The notes under the pieces were generated by a model, which worked only from the letters and a program-made list of their open reading frames with translations, was not told the DNA's origin and ran no database searches. From the IMG/VR virus record IMGVR_UViG_3300043399_000877, positions 248,001 through 312,000 of that record: a DNA stretch of 64,000 bases. One strand, written 5' to 3'. The position numbers and the translations under genes were made by a program. Of the stretch, positions 20,009 through 29,503 are shown piece by piece; position 1 is the first letter of the stretch; each line of letters starts with the position of its first letter.

Positions 20009-21228
20009 CACCATGTATTTTGCCTTGGATAAATTTTAGTACTAATACATTTGGTAGACCAAGAACTTGCGGTTATGCCGATCAAGCTGTAGTCAAAAGA
20101 GCACAAGTTAAATTAAAAGGCAGTAGTATAGAAGACGAATGGAATAACGATTATTTTAAAAAGATACGCAGAGACTTTTTACAAGGCGAGTGGCCTGAAA
20201 ATTGCAAACGATGTGAGTACGTGGAACAACTAAATGGTTCCAGTAAGCGTATAGAAGAAAACAAATATCATTATGAGTCAAATAAACATTTAATTGATTC
20301 TACAGCGCCAGACGGTAGCGTCCCATATTATCCGCCCAATATTGATATTAGAGTGGGTACAATATGTAATTTAAAGTGCATTCATTGCGGAACTGGTGCA
20401 AGCAGCAAGTGGAATGAAGACAAATCCTTATTAAATAAATACCCAAATACTGAATTTTATAACATTGACAACAAATGGATAGAACAAGATAGCTTTATTT
20501 GGGATAACATAAAAGAAAACTTGAGTAGTACCCGTAAGTTTAATTTCTTAGGAGGCGAACCGTTTGCAAATAAGCAACATAACCGGTTTATTAAAGAAGT
20601 ATGTGACACTGATGCTGCTAAAGAAATAACACTGACATATGTGAGCAACGGAACACTGTTAACAGACACCATTTTTCAGCAACTTGTGAAATTTAAAGAA
20701 GTCATTATCAGACTAAGTTTAGATGCTATCGGAATTCCGGGAGAATATTTTAGATTTCCGATATCATGGAAAACATTTAAAACAAAACTAGAATTAATGC
20801 AAAAATATGCAAACAATAATCCGCATGTTGACATTGGGGTCCAGTGGACTTGTAGCAATATAAGCATGTTCTATCTAGTTGAAACATATGATTTTATAAA
20901 ACAGCATTATCCTAATATTAAGTTTATTTTTGCGAATCATGTTGAGTGGCCAATTCATATGAGTGCGCAAGTTTTGCCGCATGAATTAAAAAAAATAACT
21001 CAAGATAAAATTGAGTCATATAATTTTGAAAATAACTCCCAGTACGTTCCATTTTATATAAGCCATATGTGCGAAAAAGATTTATGGGGTACTCACGGAA
21101 ATACATTTATGAATTATTTAGATGACCTAGACGCAGCCAGAAAAATAAGTTGGAAAGACAGTTTTAAAGAAATGGAATTACAGAAATATGATCCCAGATG
21201 CAACAACCATATGAATGAAATGAAATAA
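20005..21228 (+). CDS. Radical SAM enzyme with N-terminal twitch/SPASM-like cluster
   Basis: PCILPW...TC...CKRC, then CNLKCIHC, LGGEPF, SNGT, SLDA. Confidence 0.92.
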   Translation: MTPCILPWINFSTNTFGRPRTCGYADQAVVKRAQVKLKGSSIEDEWNNDYFKKIRRDFLQGEWPENCKRCEYVEQLNGSSKRIEENKYHYESNKHLIDSTAPDGSVPYYPPNIDIRVGTICNLKCIHCGTGASSKWNEDKSLLNKYPNTEFYNIDNKWIEQDSFIWDNIKENLSSTRKFNFLGGEPFANKQHNRFIKEVCDTDAAKEITLTYVSNGTLLTDTIFQQLVKFKEVIIRLSLDAIGIPGEYFRFPISWKTFKTKLELMQKYANNNPHVDIGVQWTCSNISMFYLVETYDFIKQHYPNIKFIFANHVEWPIHMSAQVLPHELKKITQDKIESYNFENNSQYVPFYISHMCEKDLWGTHGNTFMNYLDDLDAARKISWKDSFKEMELQKYDPRCNNHMNEMK

Positions 21229-21270
21229 AATAAATGTTTGTGTAATCTGGCGAGTTGGTATATATATAAT

Positions 21271-22395
21271 ATGAAAATTAATATGTCTGAAGATTTAAAA
21301 TGGAGTGAATATGATTTTACAAAAATCCCATTTGACGATATCGTACAAGTAGGTCAAAGAACTCTTTTGTATCGAGATCTTTTTACCGTTAGTTGGTTGC
21401 TTGGTCGCTTTTGCAATTACCGGTGTAGCTATTGTTGGCCATATGCAAGATCAAATACAAAAGATCATCGACCAACCGACCTATGCCTCAAAACAATTGA
21501 TGAGATCAAACGACAAGCTAGAGAAAACGGATTCAATAGTTTCCATTTCAGTCTCTCAGGAGGAGAACCAACGTTTCATCCCGGATACCTCGAGATATTA
21601 AAGTATCTTGCCGACGACACTCCGAATACAAATTATACTAGCATACACATGACCAGTAATTGTAGTAGAAATATGGCATGGTTTGAGCAATATGTTGAAT
21701 ATGCAAAACCATTTCATAGAGCAAGTATCACAGCTAGTTTACACACCGAGCATGTAAACACTCCTGAGCGAATGCAAGAATTCGCAGACAAGTTGATTTT
21801 TTGTCAAGAACATGACGTCCAGGTCACTATTAACATGGTAATGGTACCTGAGTGGTTTGAGCGTGATTGGGAAAATGCTCTATTTTTTCATGAGCAAGGC
21901 ATAAATGTAACGCTAAAACCACAAAGTGATCCCACTGCCAGTCGAGTAGTAGATGGGTATTCACAAGACATGCTTAATCGTTTATGGAACGGTATGCCAC
22001 AGCGGGCGTATACTGAAAGTAAAAGAAAATGGGCTAGTCGCCCTCAACCCAAGTTTGTAGTGCCAGTAGTTAATGGTGTTGACGACAAATCTGTACCTGC
22101 ACATATGCAGATTGAATTTGTAGACAAAAACGGAAAAAAATGGTATATGGACCAAGCAGAGCGGTTCAACGCATTTGGATTTAACAAGTTTAAAGGTTGG
22201 AGTTGCAACAGTGGTTATCAGGGAATAATCATACGCGAGCCCGACGGGAGTATAAAAAGATCATACAGTTGCCACGATGTTCCACTTGGCAATATAGAGA
22301 CTGGATTTAAATTGTTTAAATCCCCCATGCCGTGTACTACTGAAAGCTGTGTGAGTAGTGCGGATAGTAAAATACCAAAACAAAGGAAGGATTAA
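21271..22395 (+). CDS. Radical SAM enzyme with C-terminal Cys cluster (same subtype as 8648-9604)
   Basis: CNYRCSYC, SGGEPT, ASLH. C-terminal WSCNSG...SC...CTTESC. Confidence 0.92.
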   Translation: MKINMSEDLKWSEYDFTKIPFDDIVQVGQRTLLYRDLFTVSWLLGRFCNYRCSYCWPYARSNTKDHRPTDLCLKTIDEIKRQARENGFNSFHFSLSGGEPTFHPGYLEILKYLADDTPNTNYTSIHMTSNCSRNMAWFEQYVEYAKPFHRASITASLHTEHVNTPERMQEFADKLIFCQEHDVQVTINMVMVPEWFERDWENALFFHEQGINVTLKPQSDPTASRVVDGYSQDMLNRLWNGMPQRAYTESKRKWASRPQPKFVVPVVNGVDDKSVPAHMQIEFVDKNGKKWYMDQAERFNAFGFNKFKGWSCNSGYQGIIIREPDGSIKRSYSCHDVPLGNIETGFKLFKSPMPCTTESCVSSADSKIPKQRKD

Positions 22396-22399
22396 AAAC

Positions 22400-23464
22400 A
22401 TGCCAATATGTAAAGCACTCTATAACCAAGTATGTGTTGAAATCGGTGGAGTTTATAAACCATGCTGTTCATATGTTGGGGACAGTGGTATATCAGTAAA
22501 CGACATGACCCCAAATGAATTTTTAAAATCTGATTATATAGAAAATATAAGAAAAAACATGGAAGGGGATTTATGGGATTCCGGTTGCGTTGGATGCAAA
22601 GTGCGTAGTGAATCTGGGCTCCACACGTTGAAAGATACCTATGACTTTTATTGTAAATCTGATATAGGTACTTTTGAAATGATTGAAATTTCAGTAAGTA
22701 ACAAGTGTAATAACCAATGCAGAATGTGCGATTCTAGGCACAGTAGTTTATGGCAAAATACTTTGGGTTTTGGTAATTCTCCTAAATCTTATTATGATTT
22801 GCAAGCATTAATGAATAATCTAGACGGCAGTGATATAAAGGTAATAAAATATTTAGGTGGTGAACCATTAATAACTGATGAAATAAATCAAGTCTTCGAT
22901 TTTATCAAAAAAAATAAAGAAAATAAAATTTCATTTTATTTTAATACTAACCTATCAGTACCTCCAGAAAAATATCTTAGCGAATTTGAAAATATAGAAA
23001 AATTTGTGATTGGGTATAGCATTGACGGTGTAGGCGCAACTAATGAATATATAAGAGATGGAAGCAATTGGGACACTGTTGTTAGGAATTTAGATAAATG
23101 GGAAAAATTCTTTGAATCCAGATCCGATCAGAGTGAAAGATACGTCCACACCGTATTACAAGCATACAACTATCATGATATTGAAAATATATATAAGTTT
23201 AGTAGTTCGTATGGGTTAGAGCATTTTACACCTCCTATAATTGCGCCACATGAGTTTACATTAAATGCATTGCCTAAAGAGTATATAGAAAAGTATGCCA
23301 CCAGTAGAACGGCAAAATATGTTGATAACCATTCATATAATGCATCGTTGTACGATAAATTAGTAAAAACAACAATTTATCATGATAAGTTATTTCAAAA
23401 ATCAATAAATAATTTTATACCTGAATTGTATTTTTTAAGTAAGAGCAATAATGATACACCATGA
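22400..23464 (+). CDS. Radical SAM enzyme with N-terminal twitch/SPASM-like cluster
   Basis: IC...PCC...CVGC, then CNNQCRMC, LGGEPL, SIDG. Confidence 0.92.
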   Translation: MPICKALYNQVCVEIGGVYKPCCSYVGDSGISVNDMTPNEFLKSDYIENIRKNMEGDLWDSGCVGCKVRSESGLHTLKDTYDFYCKSDIGTFEMIEISVSNKCNNQCRMCDSRHSSLWQNTLGFGNSPKSYYDLQALMNNLDGSDIKVIKYLGGEPLITDEINQVFDFIKKNKENKISFYFNTNLSVPPEKYLSEFENIEKFVIGYSIDGVGATNEYIRDGSNWDTVVRNLDKWEKFFESRSDQSERYVHTVLQAYNYHDIENIYKFSSSYGLEHFTPPIIAPHEFTLNALPKEYIEKYATSRTAKYVDNHSYNASLYDKLVKTTIYHDKLFQKSINNFIPELYFLSKSNNDTP

Positions 23465-24104
23465 AATATACGAAGGAATAAACTTTAATATATACGACGG
23501 TACGTTGGGTGTTAGTGTAAGTGGTGGCGCAGATAGTGCGCTGGTATTATTCTTTTTATTAAAATTTAATAAAAGAAAAATTCATATATTTACATTTGCA
23601 GATCAGCAAAAACACATGATAAACACTAAATCAGCAATTGATGTGGTAAACACCTGCATACAGCTAACTGGCAATAGTAATTTAGAACATCACATAGATT
23701 ATGGTGAAATAAAAGACATAGATACACTATTTAGAAATCATGATTTGTACTTGCAAAATGGAATAGTAGATTATGTGTATACGGGAATAACAAAAAACCC
23801 ACCAAAAGAAGTGACAGACACTTTTTCAGAGCCAGTGCCGGTAACTATACCACGTGATCCAACTGTGGTACGTGATGTACTATGGGATAATACGTGGTAC
23901 AGACCTTGGACAAATTTAAATAAACGTGATTTATACAATATATACAAACAGCATAACTTGTTAGACACGTTGTTTCCAAAAACAAGGAGTTGTGAATTTT
24001 ACAGTACTGATGTTCAAGAAATGGAAGAATTTATAAAAACTCACAAACAGTGTGGAACTTGTTGGTGGTGTGAAGAACGCAAATGGGGATTTGGAAAAAT
24101 ATAA
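23451..24104 (+). CDS. QueC-like PP-loop ATPase (second copy)
   Basis: SVSGGADS, TRSC...QCGTCWWCEER. Confidence 0.8.
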   Translation: MIHHEIYEGINFNIYDGTLGVSVSGGADSALVLFFLLKFNKRKIHIFTFADQQKHMINTKSAIDVVNTCIQLTGNSNLEHHIDYGEIKDIDTLFRNHDLYLQNGIVDYVYTGITKNPPKEVTDTFSEPVPVTIPRDPTVVRDVLWDNTWYRPWTNLNKRDLYNIYKQHNLLDTLFPKTRSCEFYSTDVQEMEEFIKTHKQCGTCWWCEERKWGFGKI

Positions 24105-24947
24105 ATGACAGTTAAACCTTTTTTTATAAGTTTGCCTAGATCGAGATCTACAATACTTTATGACAGGATGGAAGGATATGCGCTTACAAAGTTGGGGATG
24201 TCTAGGATAGTTGGGCATCCTGAATTCTTTTTAGAATTTTCTCACACTGACATGTATTTTAACACAAAAACACAGCGGTATGATGACTTAGAATTATACC
24301 CTATTCCTAATGATAATAGAATTGATATGCATTTTATATATCCACATGTATTCAATAATTCTATTGATAGAATACGACATAAAATGAATGTGCTCAAACA
24401 TGAAAAAGACAACGGTAGAGATTACTACTTCAAGGGTACTATGAATATTTTTGATAGTTATCAAGAAATAATTGATTTTTTTGCTGACAGAAAAATTATA
24501 ATTACCAGAAGGCATGATATAGTTGAAATGGCAATATCATATCTTTATGCAAGAAATGTAAAGTTGTTCCACGCAAAAGGTAACAATTATGACTATTATA
24601 CTTCTGTACTGGCAAAGGGAACAGAGATTAATGAATCTGAATTAGAAGATATGCCCGAATACATAAAGTATTTGACATTTGTTGATAACGTTGAACATTA
24701 CATAAAAGATAAAAATTACAATTATTGTGTTACATACTATGAAGATATGGAAACTGATGACATGATAAACTCAAAGATAGATGAAATATACGAAACAACT
24801 GAATGGCGAAATAGCGTAAAAACAACGGAGGCATCTACACCTATAAAGGTTGAAAAAAAATATTCAAATGTAATTAAGAATTATACAGACGTTAGATCAC
24901 ATTTAGAAAATATAGTTAAGGAAATAAGAAGTGAAAAACTTTTATGA
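24105..24947 (+). CDS. Sulfotransferase-like protein (PAPS-dependent, Stf0-like)
   Basis: N-terminal SLPRSRST resembles the PRSGST 5'-PSB loop. Also R...S (TRRHDIVEMAIS) and YED. Confidence 0.6.
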   Translation: MTVKPFFISLPRSRSTILYDRMEGYALTKLGMSRIVGHPEFFLEFSHTDMYFNTKTQRYDDLELYPIPNDNRIDMHFIYPHVFNNSIDRIRHKMNVLKHEKDNGRDYYFKGTMNIFDSYQEIIDFFADRKIIITRRHDIVEMAISYLYARNVKLFHAKGNNYDYYTSVLAKGTEINESELEDMPEYIKYLTFVDNVEHYIKDKNYNYCVTYYEDMETDDMINSKIDEIYETTEWRNSVKTTEASTPIKVEKKYSNVIKNYTDVRSHLENIVKEIRSEKLL

Positions 24948-25515
24948 AATTAATGACTTGCCCATTTTGGATTTAACAAGTGAGTACGACAACCTAATAA
25001 AAGAAGGTAGAATATGGTATTCTGAAAGAGAACCAAATCAAATATGTTTAAATTCAACAATCAATAAACTTAATGATATGCATTACGGTGCTGGCAGCTT
25101 GGTGTTTGATTGGGACTTGGTTGGAACACTTGACGATTCGGGAAACGTCATAACGTCGCCGACGTTAAGAGAAACTCCATTAGAGGAAAGTGATTTTACA
25201 GAATTATGCTCTCAGTTTAAAGGAACGTTATTCGAGGATGCATATGTTGCATTACAAAAAAAATACAATCTTGGTAGAGTAAGGATAATGCGATCAAAAC
25301 CTAAAACTTGTTTATCTTGGCATTACGACTATGATGTCAGAGTACATTATCCATTAAAAACGTATGAGGGGTGTTTGATGGTTATAGAAGATGAAGTTTG
25401 CCACCTTACTGCTAATAAATGGTGGTATACAGAAACTCAAAAAATGCATACTGCATTCAACGCAAGTGCCCAGGAGAGAATACATTTAGTAGCTACAGTC
25501 ATTTCTAGTAAGTGA
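24931..25515 (+). CDS. Aspartyl/asparaginyl beta-hydroxylase-like 2OG-Fe(II) oxygenase
   Basis: RVRIM, WHYD, RVHYPL, HTAFN, RIHLV. Confidence 0.8.
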   Translation: MKNFYEINDLPILDLTSEYDNLIKEGRIWYSEREPNQICLNSTINKLNDMHYGAGSLVFDWDLVGTLDDSGNVITSPTLRETPLEESDFTELCSQFKGTLFEDAYVALQKKYNLGRVRIMRSKPKTCLSWHYDYDVRVHYPLKTYEGCLMVIEDEVCHLTANKWWYTETQKMHTAFNASAQERIHLVATVISSK

Positions 25516-25533
25516 TTACTCACTTACTAGAAA
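25502..25533. repeat. Perfect 14-bp inverted repeat at the convergent operon junction
   Basis: TTTCTAGTAAGTGA-TTAC-TCACTTACTAGAAA. Confidence 0.9.
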
Positions 25534-26874
25534 ATTAACGAATTGACATTTTTCGTCAAATTTAAAATCTGATTTCACAAAAATATAATTTCCCAAATAT
25601 GGTTTTGCATATTCTAAAATTATATCATGTGGTAATTCGTCTGGTTCAAGAATACCACAGTTGGGATTGTCATTAATCCAAATCATGGCAGCAAACAGCG
25701 GGGCAACTACTTGAAGACTAGTTGCATTGTTATGGTTTATAAGTGACCGAGTTTCGTCAATACTCAATTGACTTCCTAGCCAATATGAGCCAAAGTCTCC
25801 CATAAACAAAACACCCAACTCATCCATCCCGCCAACAAGGGAATCTGTCATGATCCTCGCAGCATCTTGGCCTTTAAGTCCCCTGCTGACAAGCTCTTCA
25901 AGGCTCTCTACAGCCACGTCGCATGGGTGATATGCGTAATGCACAGTGGGCCTATAATCATCAGTTGACAAGTACTCTGCAATAGATATGGATTCTTGGT
26001 GTGTTATTAGAAATCCAATTATTTCCTTATGCGTGGGAGTCCAAGTCTTTACTTTGGTTGCGCAACCTGGTTTGTTTAAAAAGATAGCACTTTTAGAACC
26101 GTATGCGTGTTCTTCACCCAGCGGCGGAAGACCGGCTTCGTGTGTACCCCATCCAAGTTCTGCTGGAAGTATTCCCTCGGCTATAAATCCGTCGACACTC
26201 CACGTATTCACAAATTGATTAGATTTTTTGGGCTCCAGGTCAAATTGTGAATCTCTTTCTGAAACATGTATCGTCTTAAGTCCTATTCTTTTTGCAAGTT
26301 CCGCCCACTGAGATTTGTTAGATGGTATATCGAATTCTATATTTAATTCATTTGCAATTTTAACTATACCATCTTTTACTATGTGATTTACCATTCCTGG
26401 ATTAGCACCATGCGATACAACCGCAGTTGGTCCATTGGTTTTTGTTTTCCGATAGTTTAACAGTGAGTGTCGTAGTGCATAGTTAGATCGTTCGCTATTT
26501 GAAAGTTTAAAATTGTCAAAAAACCCGACCCACGGCTGGATACAAGTATCAATATAGTTCATATTTCTTGATGAACAGTAATCTATCAAATCCTGTGATG
26601 ACACGTCGACTGTTAAATTAACTATAAAATCACCGGGTAAAGTATGTTCGTCTAAGATTGAAACATAGTTGTCCTTTTGTAGGGTTTTCTCAATACGTGT
26701 TAAATTGTATTGAGAAGTTACGTCGTTATTTCTCAAATCTTCCGATATTATTTTAACATTTGGATTTTTTAAATGCTTGAATAATAGTGGAATAAGAGCC
26801 ACTGAGATGCTTCCCGCTCCCAAAATAACTATATTTTTTTTAAAATTCTCAAATATCGTAGTAATCTTTGTCAT
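25516..26874 (-). CDS. hss: Homospermidine synthase
   Basis: ILGAGSI, NLTVDVSS, SNYALR, HGANPG, NTWSVDGF..EG..PAELGWGTHE, YRPTVHYAY, NATSLQV. Confidence 0.93.
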   Translation of the reverse strand: MTKITTIFENFKKNIVILGAGSISVALIPLLFKHLKNPNVKIISEDLRNNDVTSQYNLTRIEKTLQKDNYVSILDEHTLPGDFIVNLTVDVSSQDLIDYCSSRNMNYIDTCIQPWVGFFDNFKLSNSERSNYALRHSLLNYRKTKTNGPTAVVSHGANPGMVNHIVKDGIVKIANELNIEFDIPSNKSQWAELAKRIGLKTIHVSERDSQFDLEPKKSNQFVNTWSVDGFIAEGILPAELGWGTHEAGLPPLGEEHAYGSKSAIFLNKPGCATKVKTWTPTHKEIIGFLITHQESISIAEYLSTDDYRPTVHYAYHPCDVAVESLEELVSRGLKGQDAARIMTDSLVGGMDELGVLFMGDFGSYWLGSQLSIDETRSLINHNNATSLQVVAPLFAAMIWINDNPNCGILEPDELPHDIILEYAKPYLGNYIFVKSDFKFDEKCQFVNFLVSE

Positions 26875-28117
26875 CTTCTTTAAATCCTCTCGCTAAGAAG
26901 TCGTTAGTAGTTGTTCTTATAACTTGCCAATTCGCAAATGATTTATCAGTTACGATATCTTTTATAGGATGAATAAATTGGCTCATGGGTTTTTTACGCC
27001 AGTCAATATCTTGTATTGTGGCGATAGTTAATTCATGAAGTTCTTTGTTATGGTGTTTAAATAATGCTTCTTTAACAAACTCATATCCAGTTACTTTTTC
27101 GTAAAAATTTAAATGTTTTGAACCATATTTCATACTTATACGCCGTTTAAAATCGTAGTCAACAGTAGTGGTGTTCAACACTTCTGGTATTGAAATATAA
27201 GAAAACACTTGTTCGGGGCTATACATAAAAAAATCATAAACGCATACGTTATTAGTTAAATGCACCCATGTGGGGGCTGACAGACCTATTGAATACGAGC
27301 AATCTCCTATACACACTTCATTTTTTGAATTCATCTTCATTTCTACTTGATCAGACGCCATAATTGGAACGCCGCCTATCGAGTTTATGTATTCTATCAT
27401 GTATTGCTGTGTATAAAGATATGGTAGTAAAAAATAGGTTTCGTAAATTCCTTTTATAAAATAGTCCCTGTGCCGATTGTCATAAAGGTCATTTAAAATG
27501 TAAACATCTTTTGTTCTCAGTGTCAAATCAAATCGTTTACATAAATCCACAGCAGTTTTTATATCGTGTTCGTTTAACACCTCATCATTGTGTTTATATA
27601 CCATAGTAAATGGTATAAAATCTACTCCCGCTTCTATAAAAGCCAATGCCATGAGTTCTGAATCTAAACCACCGCTTAGGCATAGGTAGATATCACCGTA
27701 TCTATTTTTAATGTCAACAGCACTCTTTTTGCATTCGTCCCACCAACTTCCAATGTTTTCAGTTTCGGGAATTTTAAATTTTTCTATAAATGGTAATTCT
27801 GGTATTTTTGGAAGTGCTGTAAGCCCGTACCCAAACTCCAAATGTGAATTTTTTGAAAATCTGCAAATATTGGGTGATTTGAAATTTTTGTTTACTAGGT
27901 AATAGTTGCAAATTTCAGAACCCACCATCACCTTTACTGCCTTGTGCGAATCTGTTTTTTTAATAGTTATGGATTCATAAGGGTCACAAACCTTATACGG
28001 TATACTGGAGAGATTGTATTTGCCAGGCGGGACATAGACAGCGGGGTGTGGTATCAGTGGCTTCTTGAATTGTTTGTAAAGAAAATTCTCCACATCTGAA
28101 ATGTACAATTTTGACAT
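26849..28117 (-). CDS. PP-loop (asparagine-synthetase-like) adenine nucleotide alpha-hydrolase
   Basis: LCLSGGLDSE PP-loop. Confidence 0.6.
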   Translation of the reverse strand: MSKLYISDVENFLYKQFKKPLIPHPAVYVPPGKYNLSSIPYKVCDPYESITIKKTDSHKAVKVMVGSEICNYYLVNKNFKSPNICRFSKNSHLEFGYGLTALPKIPELPFIEKFKIPETENIGSWWDECKKSAVDIKNRYGDIYLCLSGGLDSELMALAFIEAGVDFIPFTMVYKHNDEVLNEHDIKTAVDLCKRFDLTLRTKDVYILNDLYDNRHRDYFIKGIYETYFLLPYLYTQQYMIEYINSIGGVPIMASDQVEMKMNSKNEVCIGDCSYSIGLSAPTWVHLTNNVCVYDFFMYSPEQVFSYISIPEVLNTTTVDYDFKRRISMKYGSKHLNFYEKVTGYEFVKEALFKHHNKELHELTIATIQDIDWRKKPMSQFIHPIKDIVTDKSFANWQVIRTTTNDFLARGFKEDDKDYYDI

Positions 28118-29503
28118 TTATTCTACGTTGTTTACTAATTCTTGTCTTTTTATTTTTCCGTTATAAGATACTGGAATTCTTTTTATTTTAACAAACTTAC
28201 ACTCATAAATCAAGTAGTTTTTTTTCAAAATGTTCAATATTTCAGGATACAATTGTTCGGCAACATTCAAGCATAGTACAACTATTTCTTCATTTTTTTG
28301 ACTAACCAACACATCAATATTAAGTTGTTCTTTTATTTTACGTTCTATGGTGTGTGGAAACAACATGGTATTTTTCACAGTTATGGCGTCTTTTTCACGG
28401 CCCATCAATACCAAATCATTATTTTTTGTAAGATATCCATAATCCCCAGTGTTAAACCAGCCATCGATCGACAGCGGGGTAATTCCATTTTGTGGAGTAT
28501 AGTAACCTTTCGCGATAGTGGGGCCTGACAAATGCACAACACCCTCAACGTTGTTAAACGCATCATTTTTTAGAAATGTTAGATTTAACGAGTCTATTAT
28601 TTTTCCAACTCCTTCTTCGTAACCATTGTTTATGCTTATAGTGGCTGTAGTTTCAGTCATACCATAACCATTTACTAACGGTAATTTAAAAAAGTCTGTT
28701 ATAAACTCGTGGTCTTCTTTTTTAATAGAATCTCCACCATAAGAAATGTATCTTATGCTTTTTGCATTAAACTTTTTTTCTTTCATAATAGTGGTAAGTC
28801 TAACCAATCCTACAGGTGTAAACGAAACCATAGAGATGTTATATTTTTTAAAATCTTTTAACTGAGACATACTAAATTTGTTGCTAACATAAATGCATGC
28901 CTCTGAAAATATAATACCTAGCGACAAGTTTAAACCAAAAACAAATGTGGCTGGTAATATGAGATACAATACGTCGTTACTTGATACATTTCGGTTTTTT
29001 TTGGTAAGTGCTGCTCCGTGTAACAAATTGGAATCTGTTAGAAATGCTATTTTTATTTTTCCACTGGTTCCTGATGTGTGCAGCATTATTCCCTCTTCTT
29101 GGAGAGATGGATCAACAGTTGTATTAATTTTAGCAAATTTAAAATTTTCTAACTTATCAAATTTAGCATCTAACAACAGTTTACTTTTGGAAGTTGTAAA
29201 AATAAAATTTGGAAGAGAACTATGTAGAATACTGTCTAATTCAGAGTCAGTTATGTTCTCGTTCACCAGTATCGGAATAGCACCGATTTTTTTAAGAGCA
29301 AAAAATAAAACAAAAAAATCTATCGAGTTACCACCGATGTACATAACTTTGTGGAATTTTTTAATACCGACGCTGTCAAGCGTAACAGAAAGGTCGTCAA
29401 CATGTGTATAAAAATCGAAATACGTTAGGACTCTTTTCGAGTCAATTAACGCTTTTGATAAAAGATTCTTTTTATTTTCCAATAAGTCATATACACGATT
29501 CAT
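28118..29503 (-). CDS. ANL-superfamily adenylate-forming enzyme (acyl-CoA ligase-like)
   Basis: HTSGTSGKIK, GYGMTET, GWFNTGDYG, GREKD, NGKIKR. Confidence 0.9.
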   Translation of the reverse strand: MNRVYDLLENKKNLLSKALIDSKRVLTYFDFYTHVDDLSVTLDSVGIKKFHKVMYIGGNSIDFFVLFFALKKIGAIPILVNENITDSELDSILHSSLPNFIFTTSKSKLLLDAKFDKLENFKFAKINTTVDPSLQEEGIMLHTSGTSGKIKIAFLTDSNLLHGAALTKKNRNVSSNDVLYLILPATFVFGLNLSLGIIFSEACIYVSNKFSMSQLKDFKKYNISMVSFTPVGLVRLTTIMKEKKFNAKSIRYISYGGDSIKKEDHEFITDFFKLPLVNGYGMTETTATISINNGYEEGVGKIIDSLNLTFLKNDAFNNVEGVVHLSGPTIAKGYYTPQNGITPLSIDGWFNTGDYGYLTKNNDLVLMGREKDAITVKNTMLFPHTIERKIKEQLNIDVLVSQKNEEIVVLCLNVAEQLYPEILNILKKNYLIYECKFVKIKRIPVSYNGKIKRQELVNNVE

